A DNA stretch of 64,000 nucleotides from the NCBI GenBank assembly GCA_963666515.2, contig OY762897.2, positions 1,920,001 through 1,984,000 of the forward strand, written 5' to 3'. Under the pieces are notes generated by a model that was given only the letters and a program-made list of their open reading frames with translations, searched no databases and was not told the DNA's origin. The translations under genes were made by a program, and so were the position numbers. Positions 57,555-64,000 of this stretch are shown here, piece after piece; positions within the stretch are counted from its first letter, which is position 1; each line of letters starts with the position of its first letter. Source of the DNA: Candidatus Binatia bacterium. Its GTDB lineage: Bacteria; Desulfobacterota; Binatia; UBA9968; JAJDTQ01.

Positions 57555-59854
57555 GCCTTCTCCGCGGCGTCCATCAGCTCCAGCACGTAGCCGGGCTTGA
57601 GCGGCAGCCGCGTGACCTCCACGCCCAAGGCATTGGATACGGCGTTGGCCAGGGCCGCGCCGGCGGCGGTGATGCCGCCCTCCCCGGCTCCCTTGACTCC
57701 CAGCGGGTTGTGGGGCGAGGGGAAGTCCTCGGTGGAGATGAGCTGCCCGCGGGGCACGTCCATGGCCGTGGGCATGAGGTAGTCCATGAAGCTCGTGGCC
57801 TGGGGCTGTCCCTCCTCGTCGAAGGGGAACTCTTCCAGCAGCGCGCCGCCGATGCCCTGGGCCAGGCCGCCGGCCATCTGACCCTCGACGATCATGGGGT
57901 TGATCTTGCGGCCCACGTCCTCCATCACCAGGTAGTCGAGGATCTCGATCATGCCGGTTTCCCGGTCCACTTCCACCACCGCCACGTGGACGCCGTAGGG
58001 GAACGGCCGCTGGTCGGTGGCGAAGAAATCCTCTTCGGAAATGCCGGGGGGGATTCCCCGGGCCAGGGCCGGGCCGGGCAACGCCAACCGGGCCAGGGCC
58101 GCGAAGTCCAGGTTCCTTTCCGGGGCGCCCCTGGCGCTGATGCGGCCGTCCGCCAGTTCCAGGTCGCCGGCGTCGATCTCCAGCTCGGCGGAAGCCAGAC
58201 GCAGGAGCTTCTCCTTGACCTTGCGGCAAGCGCCCACCGCGGCACTACCGCCCATGACCGTGGAGCGGCTGGCGTTGCTGCCGTTGCCGTAGGGCACCTT
58301 GGCGGTGTCGCCGTGCACCACGCGCACGTCTTCGATGGAGACGCACATCTCGTCGGCGACGATCTGGCTCAGGGCGGTGGCGATGCCCTGTCCCACGGAG
58401 TTGATGCCGCAGTAGAGCACGACGCCGCCAGTGTTGCCGACCTCCACCCGGGCGTACTCCCAGGGGCCGATGCCGCTGGTCTCGACGAAACAGCCGATGC
58501 CCACGCCCATGGCCCGGCCCTCGGCTTTGGCGGCGGCGCACCGCTGTTGAAGCTCCTCATAGTTCATGTGGCGCAAGGCCGCCTCGAGCTGCCCCGGCAG
58601 ATCGCCGCTGTCGTACACGTTGTAGTGGTACGGGTTCCTGCCGAGGTCGTAGGGCATCTCCTCCGGGCGGATCATGTTGCGCCGCCGAAACTCCGCGGGG
58701 TCGAGCCCGAGGCGGTGAGCCGCCATGTCGACGAGGCGCTCGCGCACGAAGTTGGCCTCGTAGCGGCCGGGGCTGCGGTAGGTGCCCACCGGGGTCTTGT
58801 TGGTGAGCACGCAATGGATCTGACAGCGGTAGTTCGGGATGCGCAACGGACCCTGCAACATGGCCGATGACGAGACGATAGGCACGCCGCCGTGGGTGCG
58901 CGTGTAGCCGCCCATGTCGAACAGGATCTCGGCGTCCATGGCCACGATGGCGCCGTCGTTGCGGAGGCCAAGCCGCACCCGGTAGGACTGCTGCCGGGAA
59001 TGGTTGGTGGACTTGAGGTGTTCCGAGCGGTCCTCGATCCAGCACACGGGCATGCGGAAGTGCATGGCGGCAAAGGGGATCAGGAAGTCCTCGGGGTAGA
59101 ACTCGCCGCGGGCGCCGAAACCGCCGCCCACCGCCGGCTCGATGAAGTGGATCGCGCTCTGGGGCAATCCGCTCAACTCCGAGAGGATGCGCCAGTTGGT
59201 GTGGGTCATCTTGGTGGGGCCCCAGACCGTGAGCATGCCGCGGCTGTCGTCGTATTCCGCCACCAAGCCACGGGTTTCGAGCGGCACAGCGGCATGACGA
59301 TTGGTCTCGAAGGTCTCCTCGACGATGAGATCGCACTCGGAGAGCGCGCGTTTCACGTCGCCCGTCTCCACCTGAAACCCCGCGGGCACGTTTCCCGGCA
59401 CCGCGTCGTGGAGCCGGGGCGCTTCCGGCTCCATGGACGTGCGTGCGTCGATCACCGCCGGGAGATCGTGGTAGTCCACCTCCAACAGTTCCAGCGCGTC
59501 CTCGGCGACGTAGCGGTCCTGGGCCACCACCACGGCCACGGGCTCGCCCACGTAGCGCACCCGGTCGGTGGCCACGGGGGTCTGCTGGGAACGCTCCAAA
59601 CCCGGTATCTGGCCGGTGCGCATGGGAATGGTCTTGAGCCCCGGCATATCTGCGGCCGTGAGCACGCCCACGACTCCGGGAAGCTCCAGCGCAGCAGCCG
59701 TGTCGATGGCGACGAGGCGGGCGTGGGCGCGGGTGCTGCGGAGGATGGCGGCGTGCACCATGCCGGGCCGCCGGATATCGCCCACGTACTTGCCGATGCC
59801 CCGCAAGAGCGGCACGTCCTCCCTGCGCTTCACGCTGGAACCGATGTAGGCCAT
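57551..59854 (-). CDS. Xanthine dehydrogenase family molybdopterin-binding subunit (CoxL-like)
   Basis: IGSSVKRRED, VRYVGEPVA, VGGGFG, TYRSPGR, GQGIAT, INPMIVEGQMAGG, KGAGEGG. Confidence 0.92.
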   Translation of the reverse strand: MAYIGSSVKRREDVPLLRGIGKYVGDIRRPGMVHAAILRSTRAHARLVAIDTAAALELPGVVGVLTAADMPGLKTIPMRTGQIPGLERSQQTPVATDRVRYVGEPVAVVVAQDRYVAEDALELLEVDYHDLPAVIDARTSMEPEAPRLHDAVPGNVPAGFQVETGDVKRALSECDLIVEETFETNRHAAVPLETRGLVAEYDDSRGMLTVWGPTKMTHTNWRILSELSGLPQSAIHFIEPAVGGGFGARGEFYPEDFLIPFAAMHFRMPVCWIEDRSEHLKSTNHSRQQSYRVRLGLRNDGAIVAMDAEILFDMGGYTRTHGGVPIVSSSAMLQGPLRIPNYRCQIHCVLTNKTPVGTYRSPGRYEANFVRERLVDMAAHRLGLDPAEFRRRNMIRPEEMPYDLGRNPYHYNVYDSGDLPGQLEAALRHMNYEELQQRCAAAKAEGRAMGVGIGCFVETSGIGPWEYARVEVGNTGGVVLYCGINSVGQGIATALSQIVADEMCVSIEDVRVVHGDTAKVPYGNGSNASRSTVMGGSAAVGACRKVKEKLLRLASAELEIDAGDLELADGRISARGAPERNLDFAALARLALPGPALARGIPPGISEEDFFATDQRPFPYGVHVAVVEVDRETGMIEILDYLVMEDVGRKINPMIVEGQMAGGLAQGIGGALLEEFPFDEEGQPQATSFMDYLMPTAMDVPRGQLISTEDFPSPHNPLGVKGAGEGGITAAGAALANAVSNALGVEVTRLPLKPGYVLELMDAAEKA

Positions 59855-59863
59855 GGCCGTTCT

Positions 59864-60373
59864 TCAATCCTTCCCCGGGTTGGACGCCGCCGCCTCACCC
59901 GCGGACATCTGCTGCGCGGCCTCGCGAATCGCCGTGACGATGTTCCGGTAGCCCGTGCAGCGGCACAGGTTTCCGCTCAACCACTCGCGGATCTCGGTCT
60001 CGCCGGGATCGGAATTCTCCCGCAACAGCGCCCGTGCCGTAAGCAGGATGCCAGGCGTACAGAATCCGCACTGAAGGCCGTGGCGCTCCTGGAACTTGTC
60101 CTGCAGCGGATGCAGCGTGTCCGCGTCGGGCGCCAGGCCCTCGACGGTGTCGATGCCGGCGCCGTCCGCCTGCACCGCGAACATCAGGCAGGAACGCACC
60201 GGGTCGCCGTTCACCAGAACCGTGCAGGCGCCGCAAACGCCGTGCTCGCAACCCACGTGAGTGCCGGTGAGGCCCAGGTCGTCACGGATGAAATCGCTCA
60301 GGAGCTTGCGCGGCTCCGTCTCGCCGGTGCGCTCGACGCCGTTGACGCGTACCGTAATCTTTCGCTTGTTCAT
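59864..60373 (-). CDS. 2Fe-2S subunit (CoxS-like)
   Basis: GTHVGCEHGVCGACTV, QCGFCTPG, GNLCRCTGY. Confidence 0.93.
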   Translation of the reverse strand: MNKRKITVRVNGVERTGETEPRKLLSDFIRDDLGLTGTHVGCEHGVCGACTVLVNGDPVRSCLMFAVQADGAGIDTVEGLAPDADTLHPLQDKFQERHGLQCGFCTPGILLTARALLRENSDPGETEIREWLSGNLCRCTGYRNIVTAIREAAQQMSAGEAAASNPGKD

Positions 60374-60400
60374 GTCCTTCCGTCTTCGTGAATGCGTCAC

Positions 60401-60425
60401 GGACGGGTTCGAAACCCGCCCCTAC
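60401..60425 (-). repeat. GTAG-type REP palindrome
   Basis: Minus strand GTAGGGGCGGGTTTCGAACCCGTCC between the FAD and Fe-S subunit genes. Confidence 0.7.
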
Positions 60426-60463
60426 CGCTGCCTGATCGTGCCTGCTCCGGTCATGGATCCGGT

Positions 60464-61342
60464 TCATCCCGCGGCGCGGGAAGCCGCAGCCCTGTCCGCG
60501 GCCTCGGCCAATGTGCGTCGGGCCAGCACCTCGCAGGCGCGCAGGCGGTATTCCGCGGTAGCGTGCATGTCCGAGTCCTGCTCGACACCGGCCACCGCGC
60601 GCCGGGCCGCCTCCCGGAACAATGCCTCCGACGGCTTCTCGCCCAGCACGGCCGTTTCCGCGGCGCGCGCCCGGATGGGTGCAGGACCGGTGAGCGTCAA
60701 CCGGGCGGCCGTCACCGCGCCGTCCCCATCCACGGTCATCAGCGCGGCGGCCCCCGCCAGCGCGAAGTCGCCGTACCGGCGGCTCACTTCCTGGAACGAT
60801 GCGCCGCTGCCGGCGGCGACTGCCGGAACCCGCACCTCCCGGAGCAGCTCGCCCGGCTCCAGCGCCGTCGTCATGGTGCCGAAAACGAAATCCTCCGCCG
60901 CGACGGTCCGTTCCCCGCCCTCGCCTTGCAGCACGAACGCGGCGTCCAGCGTCACCATGGCCACCGGCAGCTCCGCGGAGGGAAAGGCGTGGGCGATGCT
61001 GCCGCCGACCGTACCGCGGTTCCGTATCTGCACGTGGCCGATGAATCCCGTGGCGTCCCGCAGAAGCGGCCAACCGGCAGCTACCTCCTCGGAGCGCTCC
61101 AGTCTCCGCTGCCGGGTCATGGCGCCGATGCGAAGTTCGCCGTCCTCCACGGACAGGAAGTCCAGCTCGGCCACGCGGTTCAGGTCCACCAAGTGGGCGG
61201 GACGGGCGAGGCGGAAGTTCATGAGCGGCACCAAGCTCTGGCCGCCCGCCAGCACCCGCGCGTCCTCGCCCAGGCGGCTCAGCAGCGCAGTGGCTTCCGA
61301 CAGGGTCGCCGGGTCGTGGTACTCGAAAGTTGCAGGTTTCAT
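60464..61342 (-). CDS. FAD-binding subunit (CoxM-like)
   Basis: MKPATFEYHDP, LAGGQSLVPLMNFRLARP, QIRNRGTVGGSIAH, RRYGDFAL, DMHATAEYR. Confidence 0.92.
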   Translation of the reverse strand: MKPATFEYHDPATLSEATALLSRLGEDARVLAGGQSLVPLMNFRLARPAHLVDLNRVAELDFLSVEDGELRIGAMTRQRRLERSEEVAAGWPLLRDATGFIGHVQIRNRGTVGGSIAHAFPSAELPVAMVTLDAAFVLQGEGGERTVAAEDFVFGTMTTALEPGELLREVRVPAVAAGSGASFQEVSRRYGDFALAGAAALMTVDGDGAVTAARLTLTGPAPIRARAAETAVLGEKPSEALFREAARRAVAGVEQDSDMHATAEYRLRACEVLARRTLAEAADRAAASRAAG

Positions 61343-61848
61343 TTCGCCTCGGAGAATAGCGCAGGCGGGAACAGCACCGCCACCGGCGCCTGCATGGCGT
61401 TCATGGACTTGACGGCGCCGCCGATGGCGTGGGCCATGTCGCCGGGCTCGTTCACCACGCTGTACTGGATGCGCAGGCTCTGAAGCAGCGGCTCGGTAGC
61501 CCAGCCAAAGGGCACCGAGAACCACCGCTGGTCGCCAAAGCCGCCGCGGTAGCTGATGAGCAGGAGCATGGGGACGCCGAAGGCCGCCGGCCCCCGGAGC
61601 AGCGCATAGCACGACAGCGCGAAGCCGGTGTTCTCCATCAACATCGCCGGACGGGCGCCGCCCAGCCACGCGCCCATGCAGACCCCGACGCCGTCACTTT
61701 CGTTGGCCACCTGGAGGTAGCGCACCCCGGAATCCGCCTCCAGCCTCTGGTACAGTTCCAGGAACGCGGAGTCGGGCATGCAGGCCACGAAGTCGATCCC
61801 CGCCTCCGTGATGCAGCGATGCGCTTCAGCCGCGATGTCGTCCTTCAC
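61339..61848 (-). CDS. comD: Sulfopyruvate/phosphonopyruvate decarboxylase alpha-like subunit
   Basis: GIDFVACMPDS, ANESDGVGVCMGAWLGG, LMENTG, LLLISYRG. Confidence 0.7.
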   Translation of the reverse strand: MKDDIAAEAHRCITEAGIDFVACMPDSAFLELYQRLEADSGVRYLQVANESDGVGVCMGAWLGGARPAMLMENTGFALSCYALLRGPAAFGVPMLLLISYRGGFGDQRWFSVPFGWATEPLLQSLRIQYSVVNEPGDMAHAIGGAVKSMNAMQAPVAVLFPPALFSEAK

Positions 61849-61904
61849 TGCCCCTCACTCTTTCCCGTTCCATCAACCCACCGATCCGGATTCCCTTGCG
61901 TCGT

Positions 61905-62507
61905 TCACGGCTTCGGCGGCGGCAGGATCGCGCGTCCGCGGATGGCCTCGATGCGGCGCACCAGCCGGTACTTGTTCTCCTGCCCGTCCATGCTCGGCCC
62001 CTCGGTCCTCGCCGCCAGCGCGATCTTGGCGGTGAGAAGCGCCGGACCCGGCTCCGAGAAGAGCCTTTCCAGCGCCGCGGCCACGCCGCGGTCATCCGTC
62101 ACCGTTTCAGCGCGCCGGATGCCCGCGGCCCGGGCCATGGCGGTGAGGTCGGCGCACGCCGCGGTCTGGCTGGGGGCGCCGCCGCGGCTCCCGAAGAGCT
62201 GCTCGTTGTCGAACACGATGATGCGGAGATTCTCTGCTCCGGATACGGCTACCACCGGCAGGATGCTGGGGGCCAGCAGGAGACTCCCGTCGGTGTCCAG
62301 GGAAACCACCTTGGACCCGGGCAGCGTCAATGCCAAGCCCAGACTGACTTGGGTGACCATGCCGAGGCCCACCAGGTAGAGGTTCTCGGGGCGGTGGACC
62401 ACCTGGTAGGTGTCCGCGGTGGTGCCGGCCAGGGCGGCCACCACGATGTCGCTGTCGCTCAGATGATCCCGGAGCCGCTCCAGCACGGCCCGCCGCTCCA
62501 CCTTCAT
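61905..62507 (-). CDS. comE: ThDP-dependent decarboxylase beta-like subunit
   Basis: NLYLVGLGM...LGLAL, SLDTDGSLLL (GDG variant), IVFDNE, DLTAMARAAG. Confidence 0.7.
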   Translation of the reverse strand: MKVERRAVLERLRDHLSDSDIVVAALAGTTADTYQVVHRPENLYLVGLGMVTQVSLGLALTLPGSKVVSLDTDGSLLLAPSILPVVAVSGAENLRIIVFDNEQLFGSRGGAPSQTAACADLTAMARAAGIRRAETVTDDRGVAAALERLFSEPGPALLTAKIALAARTEGPSMDGQENKYRLVRRIEAIRGRAILPPPKP

Positions 62508-62623
62508 GACGCGGGATTGTAGTACCGGCATCCGGGAAATGCCAGTGACCGGATGTCGAGTTGTTGTTTGAGGGCATCCCGTTTTCGGGGTATCTTCCTA
62601 CCTGGCAGCCGGAGGTGCCTGAA

Positions 62624-64000
62624 ATGAGCATTGCACAACCCAAAATGGTTCAAACGTCCCTCCACTGGGGGGCCTACCAGGTTGAGGTCGAGGCCGGACG
62701 CATCGTGGCCGCGCGCCCGTTTGCCGCCGACCCGGATCCCTCGCCCATCGGACTGTCGATACCGGACGTCGTGCAACACCCATGCCGGATCCCTCAACCG
62801 ATGGTGCGCGAGGGTTGGCTGGAGCGGGGACCCCGGCACCACGGCGGAGACCGCGGGAGGGAGCCGTTCATCCCCGTGAGCTGGGAAAAGGCGCTCGACC
62901 TGGTCGCCGACGAACTGCGGCGCGTGCGCGGCTCGTTCGGCAATTCGGCGATTTTTGCCGGCTCCTACGGCTGGGCCTCCGCGGGGCGTTTCCACCATGC
63001 GCAGAGTCAACTGCACCGCTTTCTGAACGGGTTCGGCGGCTACGTCCGGTCGGTGAACGCCTACAGCTTTGCCGCGGCGGAAGTCATCGTCCCTCACGTC
63101 CTGGGGTACGACTGGCGATCCATTCGCGAGGGAGCCACCTCCTGGCCGGTGATCGCCAGACACACGGAGCTGGTGGTCAGTTTCGGAGGACTCCCGCTCA
63201 AGAATGCCCAGGTCAGCGCGGGCGGCATCGGCAGGCATGTCACCCGCGGCTGGCTCGAGCGGTGCAGGAAGAACGGCGTCGAGTTCGTGAACGTCAGCCC
63301 GGCCAGAGACGACGCCGCGGACTTCCTTGAAGCGGAATGGCTGGCGCCGCGCCCCAACACCGACACTGCGCTGATGCTGGGCCTGGCCTACACGCTGGTC
63401 CGCGAGGGTCTCCACGACCAGGCGTTCCTGGAGAAGTACTGTGTCGGGTTCGAGGCCTTCCACGCCTACCTCATGGGTGAGACCGACGGTCAACCCAAGG
63501 ACCCGGAATGGGCCGCCGCCCGGTGCGGCATCCCCGCGGACACGATACGCGGGCTGGCTCGCCGCATGGCCGCGCGGCGGACCCTCATCACGTTGAGCTG
63601 GTCGCTGCAACGCGCCGACCACGGCGAACAACCCTACTGGATGGCCGCGGTCCTCGCCGCGATGTTGGGCGAGATCGGGCTTCCGGGAGGCGGCATCGGC
63701 TACGGCTACGGCGCCACCGGCGCCGACGGCAACCCCGTGAAGTACATCAAGAGGTTGACGCTGCCGCAGGGGGTGAACCCGGTGGAACCCTTCATCCCGG
63801 TGGCCCGGATCACGGACATGCTCCTCAACCCCGGAGAGCCGTTCGACTACAACGGGCAGCGGCTCCGGTATCCCGACATCCGTCTCGTCTACTGGTGCGG
63901 CGGCAACACCTTTCACCACCACCAGGACCTCAACCGCCTGGTGGAGGCGTGGCAGCGCCCCGAGACGATCATTGTCCACGAACCCTGGTGGAATCCTCAA
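62624..64000 (+). CDS. bisC: Molybdopterin guanine dinucleotide S/N-oxide reductase, BisC-like (partial)
   Basis: Manual translation: MSIAQPKMVQTSLHWGAY...PMVREGWL...VSWEKALDLVADEL...GSYGWASAGRFHHAQSQLHRFLN; no Tat signal; runs off the window. Confidence 0.85.
   Translation, partial: MSIAQPKMVQTSLHWGAYQVEVEAGRIVAARPFAADPDPSPIGLSIPDVVQHPCRIPQPMVREGWLERGPRHHGGDRGREPFIPVSWEKALDLVADELRRVRGSFGNSAIFAGSYGWASAGRFHHAQSQLHRFLNGFGGYVRSVNAYSFAAAEVIVPHVLGYDWRSIREGATSWPVIARHTELVVSFGGLPLKNAQVSAGGIGRHVTRGWLERCRKNGVEFVNVSPARDDAADFLEAEWLAPRPNTDTALMLGLAYTLVREGLHDQAFLEKYCVGFEAFHAYLMGETDGQPKDPEWAAARCGIPADTIRGLARRMAARRTLITLSWSLQRADHGEQPYWMAAVLAAMLGEIGLPGGGIGYGYGATGADGNPVKYIKRLTLPQGVNPVEPFIPVARITDMLLNPGEPFDYNGQRLRYPDIRLVYWCGGNTFHHHQDLNRLVEAWQRPETIIVHEPWWNPQ

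Noticed and set aside
57551-61342. Aerobic CO dehydrogenase
   Set aside because: Active-site loop TYRSPGR lacks the form I AYRCSFR Cys and no coxDEFG accessory genes are adjacent
62504-64000. 498-aa minus-strand ORF at window end
   Set aside because: Shadow of the plus-strand BisC-like gene starting at 62624

Overview
GC-rich bacterial chromosomal window with no rRNA, tRNA or CRISPR array that I can see. The left 27 kb mixes catabolic genes (CaiB/BaiF CoA-transferase, cupin dioxygenase, two convergent hydantoinase/oxoprolinase A+B pairs, TRAP transporter, Rieske oxygenase / 3-hydroxyanthranilate dioxygenase-like / amidohydrolase cluster) with small accessory modules (Phd antitoxin, DUF433-DUF5615, YefM-YoeB, VapBC, a DUF4238 gene and an NYN ribonuclease). 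A single ~29 kb gene (27621-56562) encodes a giant autotransporter adhesin of about 9,590 aa when reconstructed (signal peptide, Ig-like, ~41 PKD-like, ~19 FN3, ~23 'SGGGY' repeats, C-terminal beta-barrel). It is broken by a 1-bp deletion near 34875 and by a 171-bp MITE with an 8-bp target-site duplication. The right end has a ComDE-like decarboxylase / molybdenum hydroxylase / amidohydrolase operon and a partial BisC-like reductase. Most interesting signals: (1) a near-consensus sigma70 promoter driving a ~60-nt structured RNA that terminates 9 nt before the NYN RNase gene, the layout of an RNA-antitoxin or attenuator system; (2) the MITE carries its own antisense sigma70 promoter and hairpin-rich RNA inside the adhesin; (3) a segmental duplication of [amidohydrolase 3' end + length-variable heptad coiled-coil gene + adhesin] enclosing defence-type genes. 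The gene content resembles marine invertebrate (e.g. sponge) symbionts, but that is inference only. All family assignments are from motif recognition by eye, with no database search.
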